The notes beneath the pieces were generated by a model. It was not told the origin of the DNA. It saw nothing but the letters and a program-made list of their open reading frames with translations, and ran no database searches. From Leptolyngbyaceae cyanobacterium (GTDB lineage: Bacteria > Cyanobacteriota > Cyanobacteriia > Phormidesmidales > Phormidesmidaceae): a DNA stretch of 64,000 nucleotides. The position numbers were made by a program, and so were the translations under genes. Of this stretch, positions 22,196-32,778 are shown piece by piece. Every line of letters begins with the position of its first letter. Positions within the stretch are counted from its first letter, which is position 1. The stretch lies in contig CBDHHL010000056.1 of NCBI GenBank assembly GCA_965263355.1, positions 352,001 to 416,000 on the forward strand. Direction: 5' to 3'.

Positions 22196-22297
22196 CCAGT
22201 TAACAACTGCTCAATAGGGAAGGTGTTCAACCCTCGTCCGAGATAAAACCACTCGCATTTTTCAAAAAAACACTAAAGTTTTAAATTCAGACAAGAT

Positions 22298-23683
22298 TTA
22301 GTACTTGTAACTATCTGTCTTAAAGGGACCTTCCACAGCTACGTTGATATAATCAGCCTGAGTTGGCGTAAGCTGAGTCATAATGCCACCAAAGCCTTCA
22401 ACCATATAGCGGGCAACTTCTTCATCAAGCTTCTTAGGCAAAACCTCTACAGTAATGGAATTAGCCTTTTCCACATCTGACAAGTCAGCGAACTTACGTT
22501 CAAACAGGAACATTTGAGCTAAAACCTGGTTAGCAAAGGAACCATCCATAATTCGAGAAGGGTGACCTGTTGCATTACCTAGGTTTACCAAGCGACCTTC
22601 AGCCAACAAGATTAAGAAGTCTTGAGGATCATCGCTACGATAAACCTTATGTACCTGGGGCTTAACTTCTTCCCATTGCCAAGTCTTACGCATGTAGGCA
22701 GTATCAATCTCATTGTCAAAGTGACCAATATTGCAAACTACCGCACCGGGCTTTAAGGCCGCCAACATACTGGCATCACATACATTGAAGTTACCAGTGG
22801 CAGTTACCAACAAATCAGTCGTTGCCAATAGCTCCTTATTGAGACTAGCAACGGTACCATCATTAACACCGTTGATATAGGGTGAAACTACCTCAAAACC
22901 ATCCATACAAGCCTGCATGGCACAGATGGGGTCAACCTCACTGACCTTAACGATCATGCCCTCCTGACGAAGAGATGCGACCGAGCCTTTACCCACATCA
23001 CCATAGCCAATCACTAGAGCCTTTTTGCCCGCCATCAGGTGGTCAGTACCCCGTTTGATCGCGTCATTTAGACTGTGGCGGCAACCATACTTATTATCAT
23101 TTTTGGCCTTAGTTACCGAGTCATTAACATTAACAGCTGGAATTTTGAGTTCGCCCTTCTCCAACATTTCATACAAGCGATGAACACCTGTAGTTGTTTC
23201 TTCAGTAACACCATGAATACTGGTAAGCATTTCGGGATAGGTCTCATGGATGTAACCAGTAAGGTCACCGCCATCATCCAAAATCATATTGGCATCCCAC
23301 AGTTTGCCTTCAGGCGTACGGCAAGTTTGCTCAATGCACCACATGTATTCATCTTCAGTTTCACCTTTCCAGGCAAAAACAGGAACGCCAGCTTCAGCGA
23401 TGGCAGCAGCAGCATGATCCTGGGTAGAAAAAATATTACAAGATGACCAACGCACCTCAGCCCCCAATTCAATCAAGGTTTCAATGAGGACAGCGGTTTG
23501 AATCGTCATATGGATACAGCCAATGATCTTGGCACCTGCCAGGGGCTTACTATTGCTATATTTCTTGCGAATAGTCATCAGAGCTGGCATTTCGCCCTCA
23601 GCAATAGCAATTTCTTTACGGCCCCAAGTGGCCAAATTAATATCAGCTACCTTGTAGTCTCTGGTAAGTGTTTGTGCGCTCAT
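22298..23683 (-). CDS. ahcY: Adenosylhomocysteinase (SAH hydrolase), Pseudomonas-like type
   Basis: [54 protein letters not shown] before ATG 23683. Confidence 0.97.
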   Translation of the reverse strand: MSAQTLTRDYKVADINLATWGRKEIAIAEGEMPALMTIRKKYSNSKPLAGAKIIGCIHMTIQTAVLIETLIELGAEVRWSSCNIFSTQDHAAAAIAEAGVPVFAWKGETEDEYMWCIEQTCRTPEGKLWDANMILDDGGDLTGYIHETYPEMLTSIHGVTEETTTGVHRLYEMLEKGELKIPAVNVNDSVTKAKNDNKYGCRHSLNDAIKRGTDHLMAGKKALVIGYGDVGKGSVASLRQEGMIVKVSEVDPICAMQACMDGFEVVSPYINGVNDGTVASLNKELLATTDLLVTATGNFNVCDASMLAALKPGAVVCNIGHFDNEIDTAYMRKTWQWEEVKPQVHKVYRSDDPQDFLILLAEGRLVNLGNATGHPSRIMDGSFANQVLAQMFLFERKFADLSDVEKANSITVEVLPKKLDEEVARYMVEGFGGIMTQLTPTQADYINVAVEGPFKTDSYKY

Positions 23684-23832
23684 GGGCTCCTTACTTATTG
23701 GTGACAAATTGATTAAACAACCTATTCATTATGACGTTAGACGACTTTCTCTGCATTCGCCTTCCCCAATAACCGGTCAAGTTATCAAGGAAGGAAATAC
23801 AGAGTATCGATAAATTCTTTGTCACTATGTCT

Positions 23833-24987
23833 TTAAAGCGCTGCTTTTAAGGCATCGGCTTTGTCTGTTTTTTCCCAAGAAAAATCAGGTAGTTCTCGAC
23901 CAAAGTGACCATAGGCAGCTGTTGGTCCATAGATAGGACGACGTAAATCAAGCATATCGATCAAACCTTGGGGGCGTAAATCAAAATGTTCACGCACAAG
24001 CAGAGCAATCTTATCGTCTTCCAGCTTGCCAGTACCAAAAGTGTTGATCGAGATGGATGTGGGCTCAGCCACACCGATAGCATAGGAAACTTGAATTTCA
24101 CAAAGGTCCGCTAAACCAGCAGCCACAATATTTTTGGCAACATAGCGCCCTGCATAGGCAGCCGATCGATCCACCTTAGACGGATCTTTCCCAGAAAATG
24201 CACCACCACCATGACGGGCCATACCACCATAGGTATCTACAATGATTTTACGACCGGTCAAACCACAGTCACCCACAGGGCCACCAATAATAAACTGTCC
24301 AGTGGGGTTGATATGGTATTGGGTTTCCGCATGTAGCCATTGGTTAGGCAGCACGGGTTTGATAATTTCTTCCATGACCGCTTCACGGATGTCGCCCAGG
24401 ACAATATCTGGATCATGCTGCGTAGAAAGGACAACGGCGTCAATGGCAATGGGCTTACCATTTTCGTAGCGCAGGGTAACCTGGCTCTTAGCATCTGGAC
24501 GTAACCAAGGAAGCACCCTATTTTTACGCAAGTAGGCCTGGCGCTCTACTAGTCGATGGGAGTAGTAAATCGGAGCAGGCATTAGTACATCAGTTTCGTT
24601 AGTGGCATAACCAAACATCAGACCTTGGTCACCTGCACCCAAATCTTTATTTTCGCCTTCATCCACACCCATGGCGATATCAGCTGATTGCTTGCCAATA
24701 GCATTGACAACGGCACAGGAAGCACCATCAAACCCAACATCTGAACTGTTGTAGCCAATGTCTAGGATGACGTCTCGCACAATGTCTTCAAGGTCAACAT
24801 AGGTGCTAGTGCGAACTTCCCCTGCAACGATAGCCATTCCAGTTTTGACCATGGTTTCCACGGCTACACGAGAATGGATATCGTCTTTTAAGAGGGAATC
24901 GAGAATAGCATCAGAAATCTGATCAGCCATTTTATCAGGATGGCCCTCTGATACGGATTCTGAAGTAAAGGTGCTGTATAAACTCAT
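23833..24987 (-). CDS. metK: S-adenosylmethionine synthase, gammaproteobacterial-like type
   Basis: [43 protein letters not shown]. Confidence 0.97.
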   Translation of the reverse strand: MSLYSTFTSESVSEGHPDKMADQISDAILDSLLKDDIHSRVAVETMVKTGMAIVAGEVRTSTYVDLEDIVRDVILDIGYNSSDVGFDGASCAVVNAIGKQSADIAMGVDEGENKDLGAGDQGLMFGYATNETDVLMPAPIYYSHRLVERQAYLRKNRVLPWLRPDAKSQVTLRYENGKPIAIDAVVLSTQHDPDIVLGDIREAVMEEIIKPVLPNQWLHAETQYHINPTGQFIIGGPVGDCGLTGRKIIVDTYGGMARHGGGAFSGKDPSKVDRSAAYAGRYVAKNIVAAGLADLCEIQVSYAIGVAEPTSISINTFGTGKLEDDKIALLVREHFDLRPQGLIDMLDLRRPIYGPTAAYGHFGRELPDFSWEKTDKADALKAAL

Positions 24988-25140
24988 GGCAAGTAGGAAT
25001 TACAGATGACAGAACCGCCTGGACAAGCGATTAAGATAACGGCTAACCTATATTAGTTGATATAGCTGCGATCATGAACGCATCGTAAGTTCTGATAGCA
25101 GTCGTCTAAGCAATACCGGGAGAGGATACTGATAGCTCGT

Positions 25141-25731
25141 TTAAAAAGATTTAACTGGAGGGGTCGGATCCAAGCTCGATCCAGTACGACCAGTTAACAA
25201 CCACAACCAGCTACGCACGACGTCTCGCCAGATTTTATGGAGTGGCTCCGACGATTGCTTAGAAAATACTGGAACTGGTGTGTAGGCAATACCATGACTT
25301 CCTAAAACCCAAAACGCAATGGCCTTTGAGCGTCGCATATGAAAATCGGATGTAACTAGATATACATGTTGAATACCCTGTGTTTTGAGCACAGTAACTA
25401 ACGTTGTGAAGTTAGTCACTGTGTCAGTAGCCTTGTAGTCGAGATTCAGCCGATTTAGAGAGACATCTTCTGCCAAAAAGATTTTGTTAGCCTGTGATGG
25501 TGAAACACCATTAGATATCCAAATCTGAAGGTTGGGCTGCCGTGCAGCAAGTTGTGCAGCTATCGGTTCTCGATCACGACCTCCCCCAAGCACTAGAATT
25601 GCTTGGGGATAAGGAAATCGGTAATTTACTATAGCAAGTCTAGCTTGCACTAATAAAAAAAACGTCGTAACAATGATGGCGACTACAACAAAACTGTAAA
25701 CAACCAATCGCTTTAACAATTTACCCATCAC
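25141..25731 (-). CDS. YdcF/DUF218 (ElyC/SanA-like) protein
   Basis: N-terminal TM, ILVLGG, ATDTVTN, LVTSDFHMRR. Confidence 0.88.
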   Translation of the reverse strand: MMGKLLKRLVVYSFVVVAIIVTTFFLLVQARLAIVNYRFPYPQAILVLGGGRDREPIAAQLAARQPNLQIWISNGVSPSQANKIFLAEDVSLNRLNLDYKATDTVTNFTTLVTVLKTQGIQHVYLVTSDFHMRRSKAIAFWVLGSHGIAYTPVPVFSKQSSEPLHKIWRDVVRSWLWLLTGRTGSSLDPTPPVKSF

Positions 25732-25869
25732 TAATTCCTATTGGGCTAATCCCCATTGCTTTGACAGCAATCGTTTATGCGGGTTTCTTCTCTTTATATT
25801 TATTACTAATAAATATCATAAATTTTTAGAATAACAAAAGTCTCCAATGATTCCTTTAGTGACGTTTAG

Positions 25870-26730
25870 CTACCAGTGATAACCAAGATCATTTAATGTT
25901 TTTTCCAAGTAAGGACGAATCTGTTGTAAAGTGTCGGGGCTAATTTCATCTATCCATGAGCGCTGCCGATTTGGATCTACAGTACTCATAAAATACTCAA
26001 TAAATGGCTGGCTATGGGCTAATTCTGAGAATTCTACAACAGCTTTTATGGTAGCCTCGGGGTTGTTGATTAAATGCTCATACTTGAAACGAAAATATTG
26101 AGAAGACGGTAGTTTATCGCCATCTGCAACAGCTTTGCTGGCGGTTGCAGCCCATTGTTTAGCTAAAATTACTGCTTTTGGGTGGCTACCAAGCCAATTT
26201 CGCCATCCTTCGGGGCGTGGTCCCCAAAAGGGTAAAGGCTTACCTAATAATTTACTAACTAAAGTCTCTTGGACTCTTGGCCAATAAGCTGGCCACTCCA
26301 CTATTGGAGTTTCTCGTAACATTTCTCTAAAGCGACTTTTAAGCTTATCAGGCCGATAATAACCGGTCTCTAATATGTCACTAGCTGAACTAAAGACAGA
26401 TCGTCCATCACGAATAATGTGAATGATTTTAGCTTCAGGAAAAACTTGATAAACAAAGGGTAACCTCAAACAATTGCTAGGTGTTTTTTCAAATAGACGG
26501 ACTTTACCTTGTTGTTGAACAAATTGTTGGAAGCGTCGACGGATATGTTGAACAATTTGCGGCGTTGCATCAATGGCCCCCAGCACATCATCGGGGCGAT
26601 AGTTATTGCCCCATGACCATACATAACGGGGCTCCATCCAACAGGCGAGATCTGGATGCTTCGAAAAAACCCGTGTGAGCCAGGACGTACCAGAGCGATG
26701 GGTACCAACCAAGATGATTGGAGGTTGCAT
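25870..26730 (-). CDS. Sulfotransferase family protein
   Basis: 5'-PSB GTHRSGTS, EKTP, 3'-PB IIRDGRSV, YEHL. Confidence 0.9.
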   Translation of the reverse strand: MQPPIILVGTHRSGTSWLTRVFSKHPDLACWMEPRYVWSWGNNYRPDDVLGAIDATPQIVQHIRRRFQQFVQQQGKVRLFEKTPSNCLRLPFVYQVFPEAKIIHIIRDGRSVFSSASDILETGYYRPDKLKSRFREMLRETPIVEWPAYWPRVQETLVSKLLGKPLPFWGPRPEGWRNWLGSHPKAVILAKQWAATASKAVADGDKLPSSQYFRFKYEHLINNPEATIKAVVEFSELAHSQPFIEYFMSTVDPNRQRSWIDEISPDTLQQIRPYLEKTLNDLGYHW

Positions 26731-27935
26731 TATGATTCAGTAATAGGCCTACGGTAATTGTAAATTAAGTCTTGAGGTTGCTTTAAGATATCTCCGTAAA
26801 CGTTCTTTAAACGTTTGGCAATACTATTCCAGTCATAATGGTCAAAGATAAATTGCTGAGCTTTTTGCCCCATCATTTGAGCCTGATGTGGTTGTTGTAA
26901 ACACTTTATCAGGGCATTTGCGATCGCATCCCCATCAATGGCTACCTCATAGGCAACATTAGCCTGGGCAGCCTCAGAAAAATTGCACCCTGTGGTAAAC
27001 ACACAGGGTAAAGCCGAAGCCATTCCTTCTAAAATCGACATACTAAAGCCTTCTGAATAGGAAGGCGCAACATAAATCTGAGCAGCAGCTAACGCGGCAA
27101 ACTTAAGTTTGCCGTTCAACATTCCTGTAAAGGTAAATCGATTTCCACAGCCCGCTTGCTCAAAGTATCCCCGAGCCATTGGTAAAAAGTTAATACTGTC
27201 TGGTCCAGCAATGACCAAATGTGTATTGGGATAGACTGTCGCCACTTGAGCATAGGCCTGGGCAAGCAAATCCAACCCTTTTTTAGGATCAATCCGTCCT
27301 AAAAACAAAATCAGCGATTTGCCCTGTAGATGGGGAAAAGCATCGTACAGCAGTTGAGGTGAGGGTAGTTGCTCAAACTGTTGACGATGAATACCATTGG
27401 GTATAAGTACCGGACTCTCTAAACCCAAATCCCGAAGTTGGTCAACTTCTGTCAAGGTAAGGGCATGAATAGCAGCAGCGCTTCTTAACGCGCCCTGTTC
27501 AACTAAACGATAATACCCTTTTTTTTTCCAAGCTTTATAAGCCAATGCCCACGGCTCTAGCATACCATGGGGGGTCATTACATAGGGCAGATTTCGCCAC
27601 TGACAAATACGATGCACTAATGCATTCAACGGTGAAAACAACGTATGACTGTGCAGCAAATCATAGTCACTACTGTGTTGCCATAACCACCCCAGCAGTG
27701 AACGACTAAAAATTAGATCGTTACGGAACCAGCAATCAAAATAGCGTACACGGTAGTTATCCTGATCTACCCATACGTTAAGGGGCACCTCCAAATACCC
27801 AGAGTCATTGGCATTGGTAGTTATTAAATCCACCCATACGTGCTGTTTTCCTAAATCGTCTACTAATTCCCCTACTACCTTGGAGATCCCTCCATACACA
27901 GGAGCAATGTAGGGAGTCATCATTAAAATTTTCAT
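26730..27935 (-). CDS. Glycosyltransferase family 4
   Basis: TPHGML, FLGRIDPKKG, PSYSEGFSMSILE. Confidence 0.93.
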   Translation of the reverse strand: MKILMMTPYIAPVYGGISKVVGELVDDLGKQHVWVDLITTNANDSGYLEVPLNVWVDQDNYRVRYFDCWFRNDLIFSRSLLGWLWQHSSDYDLLHSHTLFSPLNALVHRICQWRNLPYVMTPHGMLEPWALAYKAWKKKGYYRLVEQGALRSAAAIHALTLTEVDQLRDLGLESPVLIPNGIHRQQFEQLPSPQLLYDAFPHLQGKSLILFLGRIDPKKGLDLLAQAYAQVATVYPNTHLVIAGPDSINFLPMARGYFEQAGCGNRFTFTGMLNGKLKFAALAAAQIYVAPSYSEGFSMSILEGMASALPCVFTTGCNFSEAAQANVAYEVAIDGDAIANALIKCLQQPHQAQMMGQKAQQFIFDHYDWNSIAKRLKNVYGDILKQPQDLIYNYRRPITES

Positions 27936-28870
27936 GACATCGACATAGAAGTAACATGCTGGGCAAACTGATATTTTTGTTGATAGTGATTAAACGCTTG
28001 GGTCATTACTCCAGGCAATTCCAATGATTTAGTGGCCTGGGTAGTTTGTGGTCGAATAGCTTGAGTCGCTGCCATTAGCCAGGGTTCCAAAATTTCTAGC
28101 TCCAGAAATTCGCACAGTGTAATTAAAATTTTCCTGGGATTGATAATTAACTGTTCATAAACAATTTCTAGAAGATTTTCATCTAAAATACCTCGCCAAC
28201 GTTCAATCTCTTCAAGACTTGTCAACCACTCGTATGCTCCTCGCTGAACCTGCGTTTGCAAATGAGGTATAGACTCAGGCCAATACCCTGTTTGAGCACC
28301 TTCTCGCTGTAATGACTCCCATTTACAGCCAGCAACACCCCACCACTGATTCAGGTCTGGTTTACCAGCGATCTTATAGGGGCTTCCTGTGGCAATTCGC
28401 CCAATGGAGTGGGCAACATTTATACCATCTCGCACAATATGTATAAATTTAGCGTTGGGCATTAGGGCGCGTAGATAACCAATGCGAAATGCATTTAGCG
28501 GTGTCTTTTCTATCAAAATCTGATTTGCAGCAGCTTTAAATAACCTGGGAAACATCAACTTTAGTTGATCTGTTACTAGGGATGAATCCATCATTAGCTG
28601 AGTCTCCCCTTGATGAAACAGATTGAGCACATCAGTACGCGAGTCTAGCGCAGCCCAGAGATGGTAAGGTTCAAATCGATAGCTGACCTGTGGATGGTTC
28701 GCCAAAACCTTGCCGAGAATGGTAGTTCCAGAACGACCACAGCCCACTATAAATGTCATCGACTGCCTATCCTCAAGACATGGTTTTAACATTTGTCTTT
28801 GGGCCCGATAATACAGCCAGTTATATTTGAGCGCTCGCAATGTGGGTTTTATATTCATATTCCAATGCAT
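27932..28870 (-). CDS. Sulfotransferase family protein
   Basis: GCGRSGTT, EKTP, IVRDG, YEQL; the start may be 28858. Confidence 0.9.
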   Translation of the reverse strand: MHWNMNIKPTLRALKYNWLYYRAQRQMLKPCLEDRQSMTFIVGCGRSGTTILGKVLANHPQVSYRFEPYHLWAALDSRTDVLNLFHQGETQLMMDSSLVTDQLKLMFPRLFKAAANQILIEKTPLNAFRIGYLRALMPNAKFIHIVRDGINVAHSIGRIATGSPYKIAGKPDLNQWWGVAGCKWESLQREGAQTGYWPESIPHLQTQVQRGAYEWLTSLEEIERWRGILDENLLEIVYEQLIINPRKILITLCEFLELEILEPWLMAATQAIRPQTTQATKSLELPGVMTQAFNHYQQKYQFAQHVTSMSMS

Positions 28871-30086
28871 TCACAATTTTTTGTGTTGTTTCTGCCCAGG
28901 TTGGTTGCTGCAATGCTAGAACTCGGGCTGCAGCTGAGTAAACGCAACGTTTAGTTGCATCTTCAAGTAGCTCACAGACTGCATCTGCAAAATCTTTAGC
29001 TGTGTCAGCTGCGATCGCATGTCGCCCTGACTGACATCCTGCCACAGTCGCAAGCACTGCTGATGTCGCCACCAAAGGGACTCCAGCCGTTAGTGCATCA
29101 AGCACCCGATTAATTAACCCAGTACTATTCACTACAGGTACAACGGCTAAGCTAATGGACTCATACAGTTTTCCTAGATCATTGACATAGCCTAAAACCT
29201 CAGCTTCTGGAGGTAAGCTAAGGGCATATCTACTATTAGCCTTAGGTGGAGTTCCTGCCAGCAGCAGCTTCGCTGCTGGATGTTTTTGTACAATGCGAGG
29301 CCATACTTTAGTCAGAAACCAGCGCGATTCACATGCTCGTCCACCTGACAAATGCGTCATAAATAGAATTCTTAGGGGACCATCGGCACAGTAATTAACA
29401 TGCTCCAAGTCTGTTTTGCGACCATTTTGGGCGTGAATGGTAGTAGGCGTTTTAGGTGCCCTCATCAATACCTCCCCTGCTCGCCTAGCCTCCAAAGGTG
29501 TCTGAACATGCAACAAATTTACTGATTGCAAATAGTGACGCTCATGAAACCAAATCCAAGGAACCCTTAACCCCTGAAAAATCCGTCGCCAATTTATCCC
29601 TAAATGACCACTTAAAACCTCATGCAATGAATCAATATAAGTTGTAGTAACAACGTCGTTACAGCCTAAGGCAATAACCGAGGCAATTTTTAATCCCATA
29701 TTCTCACAAGCTTTGACCAAGCCTAGGCCTCCTACAGGAGAAACCCAGACTACATCATAGGTTGTCTTCAAAAACAAAGCATTTAATGCCTCTGGCGTAT
29801 ACCCTTCAATAAAGTATGCCGGACGTCTTAAAGTCAGCTCTTGAAAAAGCTTTCGGACATTAGAGGCCTCATAGCTACGTAATTGCAGGAGATTTTTGAT
29901 AGTTGGCGGTAAGTTTGCACGCCGCCGAGTGAGCAGTATTTCATCACGCTCAGAACGAGTAATAACCAATAGATCTAATTCAAAAACCTTAGATAATGCC
30001 TCTGCGATATGGGCATTTGGCAGCTCAATCCCCTGCCGAGGAGGAAATGGAATTGAAGTTGTTACAAATAGAACCTTCATAAACAA
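28821..30086 (-). CDS. Glycosyltransferase (GT-B, family 4-like)
   Basis: PFPPRQG, WFLTKVWP, LGYVNDL, NRVLDALTAGVP. Confidence 0.85.
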   Translation of the reverse strand: MFMKVLFVTTSIPFPPRQGIELPNAHIAEALSKVFELDLLVITRSERDEILLTRRRANLPPTIKNLLQLRSYEASNVRKLFQELTLRRPAYFIEGYTPEALNALFLKTTYDVVWVSPVGGLGLVKACENMGLKIASVIALGCNDVVTTTYIDSLHEVLSGHLGINWRRIFQGLRVPWIWFHERHYLQSVNLLHVQTPLEARRAGEVLMRAPKTPTTIHAQNGRKTDLEHVNYCADGPLRILFMTHLSGGRACESRWFLTKVWPRIVQKHPAAKLLLAGTPPKANSRYALSLPPEAEVLGYVNDLGKLYESISLAVVPVVNSTGLINRVLDALTAGVPLVATSAVLATVAGCQSGRHAIAADTAKDFADAVCELLEDATKRCVYSAAARVLALQQPTWAETTQKIVNALEYEYKTHIASAQI

Positions 30087-30089
30087 CTT

Positions 30090-31247
30090 TTATTGCAAAA
30101 CATCTAAAAAGTGAAAGTTTTTACGAGCCTGTCGCCTTGCCTGCTGTAATGCTAACTGCACTTTAGGCATGCAATTTCTCTCAATAGCAGCCGTAAGCTT
30201 CTGTGTTAAATCATCTGCTCGCACATCTTTAATTGGCATAATCCAGTGTTTATCTAAACCAACTGCCTTAGCAAAGTCGACACATTTTTGGTGATAAGCT
30301 AACACACCAAATGGAGTACCCACAGCATAGGAAATTACAGCTGCATGCAAACGACTTGCTAGTACCAAAGAACATGCAGACAATCGTTGATACATGTCTT
30401 CAGGGCAAGGCGTATAAGCATAAAATTTAACACGCTCTGAAAACTTCAAACGCTTTTGTAACCGAACCGAGATGGATTCATCTACATTACTAAAATTGAG
30501 CAATTCAATCACAACCGTCTTATTAGCAGCTTGAATACTATTCAAACTAGTTACCAATGCTTCTATTAGATGGGTTGGCGTATATCCTTGACGTAAAGCA
30601 ACTCCAATTGATGGAAATGACTTTTTTGAAGAACTTAAATTAGATAATAGCTCTGGTAACAATAGAGCCATGTCAACAGCATTTACTGCCGGGGTTTTCA
30701 AGTTAAAATTCTGCAATACGTCCCAAGAACGCTGGTCGCGTACAGCGACAAAATCAAGTTGCTGTAAAACTTGATTACAGGCATGCTTCTCAGCTTGATT
30801 TTTAAAGGGGCCTAAAGAAATTCCTAAGGCACCCACTAAAGTTTGTGGATGGGAACGTCGTGTAGCAGCGACCACTTTACTCAATCTTCGTGAGCGTGGG
30901 ACAGAATGTAAAATAGAGCCACCACCAATCAATAAAATGGGTGAAGCGACAGCTAGATAGTTATCAAATAAGAGCGGATTAAGCCAACGTCGTACATAAG
31001 GGATCCTCTGGAAAAGATTATAGCCAGCAAAGCCGTTTATTTCATTTTCACATCCCGTGTACTGAGCAAGATGAGCCTTATCGGCAAGCAGCCAGAACCT
31101 TGCTTTTGGTTGTATTTTTTGAATAACATAGTTGATGATAACTGCAGTCATCGCATCATCACCAACATTGCAGTTACCATTCCAGCCAATTAGGCTAATT
31201 TCTCTAAAGTCAAGCGCCTTTGACATATTTCCTAAGGGAAAACTCAA
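30090..31247 (-). CDS. Polysaccharide pyruvyl transferase family protein
   Basis: GWNGNCNVGDDA, IGGGS, GISLGP, VRDQRS, SRLHA, YHQK. Confidence 0.9.
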   Translation of the reverse strand: MSFPLGNMSKALDFREISLIGWNGNCNVGDDAMTAVIINYVIQKIQPKARFWLLADKAHLAQYTGCENEINGFAGYNLFQRIPYVRRWLNPLLFDNYLAVASPILLIGGGSILHSVPRSRRLSKVVAATRRSHPQTLVGALGISLGPFKNQAEKHACNQVLQQLDFVAVRDQRSWDVLQNFNLKTPAVNAVDMALLLPELLSNLSSSKKSFPSIGVALRQGYTPTHLIEALVTSLNSIQAANKTVVIELLNFSNVDESISVRLQKRLKFSERVKFYAYTPCPEDMYQRLSACSLVLASRLHAAVISYAVGTPFGVLAYHQKCVDFAKAVGLDKHWIMPIKDVRADDLTQKLTAAIERNCMPKVQLALQQARRQARKNFHFLDVLQ

Positions 31248-32704
31248 AACTTTAAAACCGAGCTGACTCTTCTACCTTTCAAAAAGACAAGCTCAAAGAT
31301 AAAGAGATAAAATTTCAGCTGGACAATTCGAATAATAAACCAAGATACTGTATTATCAAGGTTTCCAGACATGACTGTTTCTGTTATCATCAAGACAACC
31401 AGCATTTCTGACAAAAATGAAACATCAGGATCTTTGATTCGCTGAAATCTAGTTAAAAGGTATGCCCATATTCCGCCAAGACAAAAAGCAGCTAGCTGGC
31501 TATATTGGCCTGCCATTAATTGCATAGTTCCCCAGAGACCAACTGCTCCTGAAAAAGACTTATCTTCTGAAAATCCAAAGTACTCTATGCCTACAACTTT
31601 CCCCGAACTAATAATAGGAATACCACCATCAAAAGGGACCAGCTTAGCGACTATTCTCCTAATTGTATTTGTAAAGCTAAAGGCCTCTTTTAGAAGATCT
31701 GATTGATATATTTCTGTAGCTAATAAGCCATCAAAGCCATTAAATCGAGTAGTAACTAGATCGGCAAAGTGAAGAATATTAGACGGATCAAAAACCTCCA
31801 AAAACCCACTAAACATAACACTCAATAGAGTAAAATTAAATTCCCTCCCATGTACTAAAAACTCATATTTTATCTGGTTAGCTATTGAGAAACTTAGAAA
31901 TAGAAAAAATATAGATACTATAGCTACAAAAAATACTTTAGAGAAATTTAGTTTAAAGTTTCCTTTCCTATGGAGGAAATAGAATACTAGTAGAATAGCT
32001 ATTTCAGCAAAAGCTCCTTTGCTACCACCAAGGAGCCCTAAAAACACTATAAAAACTAAAATTGAACAGTAATATTTAACATAAATCTTATATTCAAAGA
32101 TATTTAACAAACATAATGAAATTATTAGTGCTTCTGGAACCAGAAATATCAAGACTCCTGAAACTTTAGCAGCAGATAATTTAACACCCACCTTAAAAAC
32201 GAAATTTAAGGTGGCTAAGGTGAGTACTCCAAACAAAATAAGGTTTTTAATAACTTCCTTTTTGTATACAAGAATACTAAGTCTCTCCGTAGACATGTAT
32301 TTGCCATTTTGAAACGCCTTCTTATATTTGTTGTTGAAGCCAAAGGTTAATGAAGAAAGACAAAAACCCGACAAAAGCAACAAGCTATAGATACCTATTT
32401 TCCATATAGATGTTTCAATTAAACCATTGTTAATTAAACCCAGTCTAAAGTATTTGAATAGTTCTTTGTTGGGGATTAACAATAGTGGTCTTAACATATG
32501 AGTCAGCCAAATTACTAGAACTATAAATATATAAGCATGTTTATCTCTTAAATATTTTCCAAATAAATAGTATGGCAAAGTCATAAAAATGGCTGTCACA
32601 AAATAACTAAACCCTAAGGGCAAGTCATACAAGGTGACAAATATTGCCCCTGCAAAAGCAAAAATAATAAAGTATTCAAAAAATCTTAATTTCATGAATA
32701 TCAT
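31244..32704 (-). CDS. Putative O-antigen/EPS polymerase (Wzy-like)
   Basis: More than 10 TM helices, AT-rich, GGSKG motif, located inside a wzx/wza/wzc locus. Confidence 0.65.
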   Translation of the reverse strand: MIFMKLRFFEYFIIFAFAGAIFVTLYDLPLGFSYFVTAIFMTLPYYLFGKYLRDKHAYIFIVLVIWLTHMLRPLLLIPNKELFKYFRLGLINNGLIETSIWKIGIYSLLLLSGFCLSSLTFGFNNKYKKAFQNGKYMSTERLSILVYKKEVIKNLILFGVLTLATLNFVFKVGVKLSAAKVSGVLIFLVPEALIISLCLLNIFEYKIYVKYYCSILVFIVFLGLLGGSKGAFAEIAILLVFYFLHRKGNFKLNFSKVFFVAIVSIFFLFLSFSIANQIKYEFLVHGREFNFTLLSVMFSGFLEVFDPSNILHFADLVTTRFNGFDGLLATEIYQSDLLKEAFSFTNTIRRIVAKLVPFDGGIPIISSGKVVGIEYFGFSEDKSFSGAVGLWGTMQLMAGQYSQLAAFCLGGIWAYLLTRFQRIKDPDVSFLSEMLVVLMITETVMSGNLDNTVSWFIIRIVQLKFYLFIFELVFLKGRRVSSVLKF

Positions 32705-32778
32705 TTCTCCACCTTATAGAAGACCATGAAACCTACGTTTAACCGAAGAGGCTTGATAGTTAGTTGGTTTTGTTTTGC

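Noticed and set aside
24988..25140. SAM or SAH riboswitch upstream of metK
   Set aside because: No recognisable consensus core by eye; an Rfam search would be needed
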